Shown: piece by piece, positions 1 through 7,903 of the stretch
Numbering within the stretch: the first letter of the stretch is position 1
Layout: the number at the start of each line of letters is the position of its first letter
Assembly (NCBI RefSeq): GCF_003945235.1
Contig: NZ_RSDW01000001.1
Coordinates: 5,460,001 to 5,492,000 of the forward strand
Length of the DNA stretch: 32,000 nucleotides
DNA from: Edaphobacter aggregans
Lineage (GTDB): Bacteria > Acidobacteriota > Terriglobia > Terriglobales > Acidobacteriaceae
Direction of reading: 5' to 3'
The notes under the pieces: model-generated
What the model saw: only the letters and a program-made list of their open reading frames with translations
Databases searched by the model: none
Told to the model about the DNA's origin: nothing
Program-made: the position numbers and the translations under genes

Positions 1-1228
1 CCTCCCAATAAGAAGTCAAGTCACCCTTCAATTCCGGTAGTTGGTGGCCATGCTGTTTCTCGAATGCCGCAAACGCATCGCTCGTCGTTGAAATGGACAA
101 GCGGGGCCATTCGTATTCTTCATTCCATTGCTTCACGAACTCGCAAATTTCCGGATCAGGGGGGGCATTGTCGCCTTCGCCCGCCCACCGAACATAAGAG
201 ATTTGATAGGGGAAACCGACCTCATCTAGTCTCGCTTGATACTTGTTGACCCACATTGTGTCCAGCTTCATGATGTGCGACATCGCATACCCGGTCCACG
301 GAACCCAGAAAAGCACTCTTTCATGGCCTGAAGGAGAGACCCACCAGAACGGTTTATCCTGCCACTCGACCATAAAGGTCCCTATGCGGTCGAAGTAATT
401 GGGAGCAGCCGAGAAGAAGCGGATGCCTGCTTGAGCCATAGCCGAGACCGTCCCCCAGGTATACCCGGGAACATCGCTGATCATGGCTGAGTCAACGCGA
501 ACTCCGCATTGATCGCCTAATTCGGTTGAGTAACGAAACAATTGGAGAAGTTCTTCAGGTCGGCAAAGGCCAGTCAGCTCGTTCGCATACATCCCGTTGA
601 TCGCGACCCAGCCCTTCTTCACCGCGCTCATCAGCTCTTCGCGCTCTGGCGCAGTCTTAGTTCTCATGAACAGATCCGCTCCCCAGAGAACCTCGAGGTT
701 CCAAATGAATCGGGCTCCTGGCGGGTAGTTGGCCGTGTTTCGCGCTAGCTCGATTCCCTTGGAGATATTTGCCATTTGTTTTGCTTCAATATTGCTCTGG
801 AGATCCGTAAATCCAAGGTCATGGTGAGAATGAGGCAAGATGAAGATCTGGACTTTGCGTACCGGTTCTACACGAACTTCGGCCGAATCCGAATTGCCGG
901 CGATTTCATAGTCGATAAGCACTTGCCTGGCTGTTTCAGCTGGATCGACATAGACGTTGAACGTATGTGTCCCGGAAGACAGAACGCGACGCTCGACTTC
1001 TTGGTGGTCGGCGCGTACGACCAACGTTGCCTCCGTTCCGGCGTGCGCTATCGTCAGTTGGATCGGTTGAACAAGTCTCCCACCCTTATTCGCCATCCCG
1101 CGAATTGGCAAGGCAAAGCTCGACTTCTCCAAAGAGGTCTGATCTTGGCCAAGAGCCAAGGTCAGAGGTCGCGCACAAATGATACCGGCTGCAGACGCAA
1201 TTCCTTTTATGACTTTACGTCTTTCCAT
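1..1228 (-). CDS. GH38-like glycoside hydrolase (alpha-mannosidase N-terminal domain type), 5' complete, 3' end off the window
   Basis: Absent from the ORF track because it is edge-truncated. My translation of the minus strand from ATG 1228 stays open for 409 codons to the window edge. It starts MERRKVIKGIASAAGII (twin-arginine style signal). It contains VQIFILPHSHHDLGFTDLQ, an HSHxD motif as in the GH38 N-domain, and ends ELKGDLTSYWE. The plus-strand ORFs at 64-1237 are antisense shadows. Confidence 0.6.
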   Translation of the reverse strand, partial: MERRKVIKGIASAAGIICARPLTLALGQDQTSLEKSSFALPIRGMANKGGRLVQPIQLTIAHAGTEATLVVRADHQEVERRVLSSGTHTFNVYVDPAETARQVLIDYEIAGNSDSAEVRVEPVRKVQIFILPHSHHDLGFTDLQSNIEAKQMANISKGIELARNTANYPPGARFIWNLEVLWGADLFMRTKTAPEREELMSAVKKGWVAINGMYANELTGLCRPEELLQLFRYSTELGDQCGVRVDSAMISDVPGYTWGTVSAMAQAGIRFFSAAPNYFDRIGTFMVEWQDKPFWWVSPSGHERVLFWVPWTGYAMSHIMKLDTMWVNKYQARLDEVGFPYQISYVRWAGEGDNAPPDPEICEFVKQWNEEYEWPRLSISTTSDAFAAFEKQHGHQLPELKGDLTSYWE

Positions 1229-1383
1229 ACTCGGTAAGAAATTCCCTTTCTGCCAACGCGAACGGACCCGAACGAGCGACACGCACGTCAGTGTTACATC
1301 CGTTCGAGATCCCGATTAGATAGGGAGGAACGAGAGGACCCTCACATGTCGTCGGTTCAGCTGGAGTGTGGTACCGAGCGAGA

Positions 1384-1413
1384 ACACTAACGAAGATAAT
1401 GATCGAATATCAA
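1384..1413 (-). promoter_or_regulatory. Candidate sigma70-type promoter of the GH38-like gene (TTGATA-18 nt-TAGTGT)
   Basis: On the minus strand, TTGATA lies at 1413-1408, followed by an 18-nt spacer containing GATCATT and ATCTTCG, then TAGTGT at 1389-1384. It is homologous in layout to the promoter at 11228-11257. Confidence 0.3.
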
Positions 1414-1560
1414 TAAAGCAAGCAGTATAAGAGATTGATATACGACATTAGCCGCAGTAATGATAATCGAATCAACGCAGACCTCCTTTCCCGAATTCCG
1501 ATATTTGCGGCACGTAACAGGACTAAGGATCGCTTATGACGATTGTAATGCTAATAAAAG

Positions 1561-1604
1561 ATCAGTTTTACTGATTGACAATCGGCATTTCGCTCACCTA
1601 TGAT
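1561..1604 (+). promoter_or_regulatory. Promoter with abutting palindrome: ATCAG-TTTTA-CTGAT / TTGACA / 18 nt / TATGAT
   Basis: The palindrome is at 1561-1575 and its last T is the first T of a perfect TTGACA (1575-1580). The spacer is 1581-1598 and a perfect TATGAT is at 1599-1604. The same architecture occurs at 23250-23293 (minus) and 26356-26399 (plus). Confidence 0.5.
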
Positions 1605-1720
1605 CCTCGGCAACCAAGAAAGCACAGTGTCAGCGACTTGGAAATCAGGCCGCAACCCCAATGGGTGGCGGCAATTAATCGTGCAAAACCCCGGATCGAA
1701 TTTTTTTGGAGGACGACGTA
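1605..1720 (+). promoter_or_regulatory. Conserved 5' leader of the TonB-dependent receptor gene (candidate cis-regulatory RNA)
   Basis: By eye, roughly three quarters or more of positions are identical to the leader of the other TBDR gene (23249-23136, minus), although the two CDSs are diverged. Two hairpins can be drawn: CCAAG...CTTGG and GCCGC-A-ACCC-CAAT-GGGT-G-GCGGC. A U7 run and GGAGGA precede ATG 1721. Confidence 0.4.
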
Positions 1721-4700
1721 ATGTACAAAGCTTTTCGGAGCGCCAAGATGCGTGAAGATTGGAATCACTGGAGACTGGGCAGGAGAGGATGGCTTGCAAT
1801 TGCAGGATTCGCGTTGTTATGCTGCGGGATCCTGTTTGGCAACTGCCCAGCCTTGCTAGCGCAAAATACGACAGGGTCGTTCAACGGTCACGTTTATGAC
1901 GCGACCGGTTCCGTGGTGGTAGATGCGAAAGTCGCTTTGCACGACGTTCAAACTGGATTGACGCGGAACGCCACGACCAACAGTGACGGCCTCTATGAAT
2001 TTCCGTTAGTAAGGCCTGGTACTTACCAGCTTACTGTCACGGCGGCTGGGTTCGGGTCGGAGGTCAAGCCTAATTTGGTGCTGGATGTCAACCAGATTCA
2101 GGCCCAGGATTTCAAGTTGAGAGTCGGAACTGCAACCCAAACGGTGAGCGTTTCCGCATCTGCCCAGCAGCTACAGACATCCTCTGCCAATCTCGGGGCT
2201 GTAGTCGACGAGCGCACAGTAGGCGACCTGCCGCTCAACGGAAGAAGCTTTTCGGCATTGCTGACTCTGACACCGGGCGAGAACCCCGTGAACTATTCGC
2301 AGAACAGTGGTGTAACCGTTGGCACGGGCCAAGGTTCGCCCGGCATTCCAGGATCCACCTACACTTTTCCTTCGACGCAAGGGCAGTGGAACCGTGAGAA
2401 TATGTACTTTCTCGATGGCATCGTCAATACCGCTGCGTTTAGCAGCTCGTGGGATGTACCCCCAATCATCGATTCGATGCAGGAGTTCAAGCTGCAGTCG
2501 CATGAGGATCAGTCGGAGTATGGCGGCGTGTTGGGTGGTGTGGTTAATGTGGTAAGTAAGTCCGGCACGAATACCTACCATGGCGCGGCGTGGGAATATC
2601 TGCGCAACAACGCCTTCGACTCCAGAAATCCATTTACCGATTTCAACGGCAACACGCCATCGGCGCCGGCCCCCTATCACCAAAACGAGTTCGGTGCGGA
2701 CTTCGGCGGCCCGGTGAGGATTCCGAAGATCTACAACGGCAAGAATAAGACCTTCTTTTTTGTAGCGTGGGAGTCGTGGCGCTACTCCAAAGCGGCGGGC
2801 ATAAGTTACATTTCGCCGACCGCGAACGAATTGAACGGTGACTTCACGAATGCTGCCGTCCTAACTAGTACAGGACAGCCCGCGCTCCTCTACAATCCCT
2901 TTCTGTCAAGTGGAACATCGCGGCCGCTGCTGGGAAACGGCCACATTATTCCGGCAGGCATGATCGACCCGAACATGCAGGCTTACCTCAAGGCCTACAC
3001 CGATACGCCTAACTTCACGCCTTCGGTGGCCGGCGGCAATAACACAATTCTGAACGCTGTCGGCACGAACAATGCCAACGCGTTCTCCGGTCGCGTTGAT
3101 CATAACTTTAACAACAATATGATCTGGTTCCGGTATAGCTTTCTCGACTCCTCCGCCACGCAGCCGACGGGGCAGCATGCGCTTAGTACTTCCTCGGCTG
3201 ACGATAGAAACTTCGGCGGTGGTTATGCTCATACGTTCACACCGCATCTTGTCCTCGACGCAACCATTGGATATTCGGGGCGTTGGAAGGCGGGCTATAA
3301 CGACACGACTCCGGGTGCGCCTGCGTCGGCGGCTGCGTTCCTAAGCGCGGTGGCGAAGTCCTATGGGACCCCGAACTTCACCTTCACCGGCTACAACGGC
3401 GCCGGCGGTCAGGGTGCACAAGAGAACGTTGAACATGAGTTGAGCTTCGCTGTCAATACGACCTGGACTCACGGGAATCATCTGTTCCGGTTTGGATTCT
3501 TCGAACTGATTTCCCAGGAGAACCAGGGTGTCAACGGAGCCAATTTCGGCTCGGCCACGTTTGCCTTTGATCAAACCGGGACGGCTGATCCAACCAATCA
3601 GGGCGCCACCGGCAACGGGATCGCATCTGCACTGCTGGGTGTTCCGACTAGCGGCCGATTTCAGGCGGAGGTCAACAGTTCCCGTATTATCTCGCCCTCA
3701 GCGTACATTGAAGATCAATGGAAGGTGTCGCCCCGCGTAACCTTGAACCTTGGCCTTCGCTGGGATGGCGAATCGTCGCCTCACCTGCTTAATGGAACTA
3801 CGGCGGCCGAGATCGATCCGAATACCGGCAACTGGATTATTTCCGGTGGTAAGCTGCCTCCGCCTTGCAATCCGGCAGGGGGAGTCTACGCGCCGTGCAT
3901 CCCTACGGTGAGTTCCTACCCAGGTCTCAGCTCTTCGGATGCGGCAGTGCTCCAGGCCCATGTGGTTGTTGCGGCAAATCCGAATCTTGGTCCCGATCCT
4001 GTCTACACGGACTTTGGACCGCACATTGGCATTGCCTATCAACCCACGGACAAGATTGCGATCCGCGGCGGCTATGGACTTGCCTTTGACAATTCGATAA
4101 GCGGAATTCAGTCGGTTCGAGATCGGCTGCTGGCGTGGCCGTCGAATGCTTCGATGCCTCTTAATTTCAATTCGATCAGCACTGTTACGCCCACTACGAT
4201 GGCGCAGGTGATTCCGAACATTGGAGGAACTCAAATTCTGCCTACGGCTCCGACGCCGTGGCAGCAGTATGGCTGGAACTATGATCCGAAATTGAAGAAT
4301 GCTTATTCACATCAGTTCAACCTGGATATACAGGATCAAGTCACATCGACCCTGTTGGTATCAGCTGGTTATGTCGGCAGTATTGACCGGCGTCTGCCTG
4401 TTACAGGGCTCTCGAACAACTCGCCCGATCCTGGAGGGGCTGGCTTAGACCGTCCTTTCCAGTGGGGAGCCACAGCAGTCATGGCGACTTCGCGCGGAAC
4501 ATCCTCTTACAACAGCCTCCAACTGCGCGCGGATAAGCGACTCTCGGGTGGCCTGAATTTTGGCAGCGGCTTCACATGGTCGAAAGCGATGGACAATGGC
4601 GGCGGCGGAATGTACGACGTCGAAGATGGACCGATGGGTTTCGCGACTATGCAGAATTACAACGATTTAAATGCCAATCGCGGTATCACCTCAAACAGCG

Positions 4701-5248
4701 TCAAGTTTATCTGGTACGGCTACAGCTTATATCAACTGCCGTTCGGACCCCATCAGCGCTGGCTGAATCATGGCTTGGGAGCTGCAACATTGGGCGGGTG
4801 GCAAGCGAATGTTACTGCGTCGGCGCACTCGGGAGTTCCTCTGGGCTTCCCCGACGCTGGAAGCGATCCTGCCAATATCGGAAACACGATCGGGTTCAAT
4901 TACGCCCGCGCGAATGTCTCGGGCAGTCCGAAGGCGTCGCACCCGACAAAAGCGGTGGCTTTCAACACCGCGGTCTTTTCGCACCCGGTCAACGAGTACG
5001 GGAACTCCGGCAGAGGTATGATCACCGCGATGCCTTTCGACAACGTAGACTTCTCTCTCATGAAGGATATCCCCGTTCGGGAATCGTTGAAGTTCCAGTT
5101 CCGTGGAGAGTTCTTCAACCTGTTCAACATCCAGAACTATGGCACGCCCGGTACCACCTATGGTGGTGGCGGATTTGGTATTATCACTTCGCTCGCCCCC
5201 GGCGCAACACCGAGGCAGATCCAACTTAGTTTGAGGGCAAGCTTCTAG
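1721..5248 (+). CDS. TonB-dependent outer-membrane receptor with N-terminal CarboxypepD_reg-like domain
   Basis: The ORF is 1706-5248. The likely true start is ATG 1721, with GGAGGA at 1709-1714. It has a long signal (MYKAFRSAK...CPALLAQ) and a beta-sandwich segment GSFNGHVYDATGSVVVDAKVALHDVQTGLTRNATTNSDGLYEFPLVRPGTYQLTV. A plug-like segment VDERTVGDLPLNGRSFSALLTLTPG follows, then a long Gly/Asn/Tyr-rich barrel ending in an aromatic residue (LSLRASF). Confidence 0.9.
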   Translation: MYKAFRSAKMREDWNHWRLGRRGWLAIAGFALLCCGILFGNCPALLAQNTTGSFNGHVYDATGSVVVDAKVALHDVQTGLTRNATTNSDGLYEFPLVRPGTYQLTVTAAGFGSEVKPNLVLDVNQIQAQDFKLRVGTATQTVSVSASAQQLQTSSANLGAVVDERTVGDLPLNGRSFSALLTLTPGENPVNYSQNSGVTVGTGQGSPGIPGSTYTFPSTQGQWNRENMYFLDGIVNTAAFSSSWDVPPIIDSMQEFKLQSHEDQSEYGGVLGGVVNVVSKSGTNTYHGAAWEYLRNNAFDSRNPFTDFNGNTPSAPAPYHQNEFGADFGGPVRIPKIYNGKNKTFFFVAWESWRYSKAAGISYISPTANELNGDFTNAAVLTSTGQPALLYNPFLSSGTSRPLLGNGHIIPAGMIDPNMQAYLKAYTDTPNFTPSVAGGNNTILNAVGTNNANAFSGRVDHNFNNNMIWFRYSFLDSSATQPTGQHALSTSSADDRNFGGGYAHTFTPHLVLDATIGYSGRWKAGYNDTTPGAPASAAAFLSAVAKSYGTPNFTFTGYNGAGGQGAQENVEHELSFAVNTTWTHGNHLFRFGFFELISQENQGVNGANFGSATFAFDQTGTADPTNQGATGNGIASALLGVPTSGRFQAEVNSSRIISPSAYIEDQWKVSPRVTLNLGLRWDGESSPHLLNGTTAAEIDPNTGNWIISGGKLPPPCNPAGGVYAPCIPTVSSYPGLSSSDAAVLQAHVVVAANPNLGPDPVYTDFGPHIGIAYQPTDKIAIRGGYGLAFDNSISGIQSVRDRLLAWPSNASMPLNFNSISTVTPTTMAQVIPNIGGTQILPTAPTPWQQYGWNYDPKLKNAYSHQFNLDIQDQVTSTLLVSAGYVGSIDRRLPVTGLSNNSPDPGGAGLDRPFQWGATAVMATSRGTSSYNSLQLRADKRLSGGLNFGSGFTWSKAMDNGGGGMYDVEDGPMGFATMQNYNDLNANRGITSNSVKFIWYGYSLYQLPFGPHQRWLNHGLGAATLGGWQANVTASAHSGVPLGFPDAGSDPANIGNTIGFNYARANVSGSPKASHPTKAVAFNTAVFSHPVNEYGNSGRGMITAMPFDNVDFSLMKDIPVRESLKFQFRGEFFNLFNIQNYGTPGTTYGGGGFGIITSLAPGATPRQIQLSLRASF

Positions 5249-5255
5249 CCCAAAG

Positions 5256-5282
5256 AGCAGGGTCAATCTGACCCTGCTTTTG
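5256..5282 (+). terminator. Rho-independent terminator after the TBDR gene
   Basis: AGCAGGGTCA (5256-5265) and TGACCCTGCT (5269-5278) form a perfect 10-bp inverted repeat followed by TTTT. It lies 8 nt after the stop codon. Confidence 0.7.
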
Positions 5283-5491
5283 CTATGCCTAAGGTCGGCG
5301 GCCTCCTAAGGTTCGTCGACCTTTGGCGTAGCGGTGGCACAGCGAGATTGCAACGTGTGGAACTCTGGAGTTTATCGTGGGCGTGAACCCAACAAGAAAT
5401 GAACCACGCAGAGCCAGGAACTTCCCCCATCAAGGAGCACTTCCGTATAGAGACTGTGGGCAACACCGAGACCTGGTGTGAGGAGAACTGA

Positions 5492-6388
5492 ATGCGAATG
5501 GAATCGTCTGTTCTTGTATATGACGTGGGCGGCAGCCATGCCTCAGCTGCTGTTTGTAGTCTGGATTCTTACAAGTTGGGGCCCGTCATCAGTGCCCCGC
5601 ACTCCATCGATATAACAAGCGATGCATTCGTCAATTTATTGCATTCTGTTGGGGGCCAGGCAATGAGTGGGTTCAACCAAATACTAGGTGCCAGCATGGC
5701 ATTTCCTGGCCCCTTCGACTATTCAGCAGGTATTAGTCAAATGACGCACAAGATTCCATTCCTCTTCGGTGTGAACTTGCGTCAAGCGCTTGCTGAGCGC
5801 TTCGAATGGGATCCTGTACAGGTTTTCTTCCTGAACGACGCGACCGCTTATCTATTAGGAGAGTTAGGCTCTGGATCTGCCCGCGGCATGAATCGAGCCA
5901 TTGTCATCACGTTAGGAACTGGGATCGGCTCTGCGTTCAGCGTTGATGGTCAGGTGATTATGGAGGGCCGAGGTGTTCCGCCCAGAGGTGAGATTTGGAA
6001 CCTCCCCTATGAAGATGGAATCGTTGAAGATGTACTATCGACCGGCGCCATTCAAAAGGCCTATGCGTTGCGCACAGGCCAAAAGCGGAAAATAATCGAT
6101 ATTGCCGGAGCGGTAGAGAATGATCCAACTGCAGCACAGGTGTTTAGAGAATTCGGCCACCACCTTGGCCGGAGCCTGCGACAGACACTTACGTTGTTTT
6201 CCCCTGACGTCGTTGTCTTCGGAGGGGGCATCTCCCGTGCAGCAGACCTATTTCTTCCCGCCGCCGAATACGAGTTGCGAGATTTGAATCTCTCATTGCG
6301 CGTGTCCGCCTTGCAGGATAGTGCTCCTTTGGTAGGAGCTGGGTTAGCGTGGCCTAAACGCACTTCGATTCTTCAAAAGCGCGGGTGA
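5492..6388 (+). CDS. ROK-family sugar kinase-like protein (no N-terminal HTH, no Cys-rich zinc motif)
   Basis: GAGGAG lies 6 nt upstream of ATG 5492. Motifs are VYDVGGSHASAAV (DxGGS phosphate-1 type), FLNDATAYLLGE and ITLGTGIGSAF. The length of 298 aa fits the kinase type rather than the repressor type. Confidence 0.8.
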   Translation: MRMESSVLVYDVGGSHASAAVCSLDSYKLGPVISAPHSIDITSDAFVNLLHSVGGQAMSGFNQILGASMAFPGPFDYSAGISQMTHKIPFLFGVNLRQALAERFEWDPVQVFFLNDATAYLLGELGSGSARGMNRAIVITLGTGIGSAFSVDGQVIMEGRGVPPRGEIWNLPYEDGIVEDVLSTGAIQKAYALRTGQKRKIIDIAGAVENDPTAAQVFREFGHHLGRSLRQTLTLFSPDVVVFGGGISRAADLFLPAAEYELRDLNLSLRVSALQDSAPLVGAGLAWPKRTSILQKRG

Positions 6389-6543
6389 TGAGGACTTTCT
6401 TTCCGCTTCCTTGCCTCAGCTAACTCGACACTGGCATGTGCGTGAAGCCCGGCTCATTGTTCTTGTCGCCGGCATTGCTCCGGGGGAATACGTACATTCG
6501 GTTAGGACCGAGACCAAGGAGATCACCGGGCATCGAAGAGAAG

Positions 6544-7863
6544 TTAGTGCATTGATTGCGGAGTGGGTAGGTCTTTCCACTTGGCGCGATCTCCCGACGC
6601 GAGTTCGTTAGCAACGGATAGGATTTGCAGCGTTTCGGCATCCTCCGCATCAATCAGAAGAATATCGCGAAGGCGACGGATTGCCTCCTGCATTCTCCCC
6701 ATCTTGCACAACAGGAGCGCGGCATTGCGCTGGAAAATGATATTGGTTACGTCAATCTTTGATGCTTGATCGTAGTTTTCCAGTGCACCGGCCAAATCGC
6801 CTTTCTGTTCAAGCACGATACCTGAGTTGTTGAGTTCAGTTGCCTTGGCTTCATCGACTGATGCAGCGGCACGGCTCACGAACAGATCTTGGATCTGTTT
6901 CTGCGTCCTTGAGACATTCGCTGTATCGCCCCGCTTTTTGTAAAGCCGGAGCAGGCGATAGACAGCCTCCTGGTCTTCAGGCCTAGTCTGGATGTCCGCC
7001 TCGAACTGTGCAATCGCTTCGTCATCCTTGCCATCGTCCTGATAAAGTTTGCCGAGCGTTCTATGTGCGCCGCCATCGGAGGGATCGATAGCGAGCGCCT
7101 TTCGAAGAGCTATTTCGCTCTCCTGAGTGCTATTCAAAGCGTAAAGAGCCTCGCCAATACACGCATAGGCTTCGGCCCAGTTGGGTTGAACCACCAGCAC
7201 CTTGTTGTAGGCGCCGATGGCGTCTTGCCATCTCTTCCGGTAGTACGCATCGCGTGCCTTCAGCTTCCAAAGATCGACAGGGGCTTCGGTCTTGGGACTA
7301 TTACCCGCCAATTCAAGATCCACCTGTGTTTCGGACTCGGCGTATTTGCCCGCACGCGCGAGCACGAGCGCATAGTTATACCTGATTCCGGGCAAATCGG
7401 GATCAATCCGAAGCGCTGTTGCAAGCTGAGATAGCGCACGATCGAGATTGTTGAAACTCGCAGCGGCCAATCCGGAAGAAAAATACGTAGGGGCAAAGTT
7501 GGGACGAAGCGCGATCGCTTGGTCAAATTCGTCTACCGATTCAATCGGTCTAGCCGAAACGGCGAAGCAGATTCCCTTAAGTGTGTGGACCTCGCTTGCG
7601 TGCGAACCATGAAGATTGGCCTGTTGGAGGAGAGACAAAGCATCTTGTGTGCGGCCACTCCGGATCAGTTGTTGCACCTGATCAATGAGCTCCGCATCGT
7701 GCGTCTGTCTCGCTGCAGGCTGCTGTGCGGAGCCCACGGGGATGCACGTCATTTCCATCGTCGAGACAAGCGCCAACCCTATCAGCAACTGAGGCCGGCC
7801 GATTTGTCGTAGCCAGCGACGACTGGAATGAAATGAGCGCGCCAACGCGGTTCGGCGGGACAT
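6544..7863 (-). CDS. Secreted TPR-repeat protein
   Basis: The ORF is 6544-8034. Its first 57 codons overlap the GH29 gene, so the preferred start is ATG 7863 (MSRRTALARS...LLIGLALVS signal-like); ATG 7920 is an alternative. Repeated TPR-like helices occur throughout (for example AEAYACIGEALYALNSTQESEIALRKALAIDP). The start is uncertain. Confidence 0.7.
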   Translation of the reverse strand: MSRRTALARSFHSSRRWLRQIGRPQLLIGLALVSTMEMTCIPVGSAQQPAARQTHDAELIDQVQQLIRSGRTQDALSLLQQANLHGSHASEVHTLKGICFAVSARPIESVDEFDQAIALRPNFAPTYFSSGLAAASFNNLDRALSQLATALRIDPDLPGIRYNYALVLARAGKYAESETQVDLELAGNSPKTEAPVDLWKLKARDAYYRKRWQDAIGAYNKVLVVQPNWAEAYACIGEALYALNSTQESEIALRKALAIDPSDGGAHRTLGKLYQDDGKDDEAIAQFEADIQTRPEDQEAVYRLLRLYKKRGDTANVSRTQKQIQDLFVSRAAASVDEAKATELNNSGIVLEQKGDLAGALENYDQASKIDVTNIIFQRNAALLLCKMGRMQEAIRRLRDILLIDAEDAETLQILSVANELASGDRAKWKDLPTPQSMH

Positions 7864-7903
7864 CAAGACGTTGTGTAACCTCAAACTCACTTTGTGGTCA
7901 ATT

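Noticed and set aside
64-1237. Plus-strand track ORFs 64-249, 542-748, 776-1237 and 967-1182
   Set aside because: All lie antisense to a 409-codon open frame with GH38 motifs on the minus strand. Their sequences are Arg/Ser/Pro-rich and have no recognisable motifs.
1658-1675. Mini-ORF ATG GGT GGC GGC AAT TAA (MGGGN) inside the TBDR leader
   Set aside because: The homologous ATG in the other leader opens a frame with no nearby stop and different residues, so a conserved peptide is not supported.
2171-5266. Nested and antisense ORFs inside the first TBDR gene (for example 2171-2683 minus, 3698-4234 minus, 4576-5229 plus, 4727-5266 minus)
   Set aside because: These are shadow frames of a high-GC gene with clear TBDR features. 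They have compositional bias and no start signals.
5283-5384. 33-codon ORF (MPKVGGLLRFVDLWRSGG...) and CCTAAGGT direct repeat / AAGGTCG...CGACCTT stem after the terminator
   Set aside because: There is no SD and no conservation evidence. It is likely just intergenic sequence between the terminator and the ROK gene.
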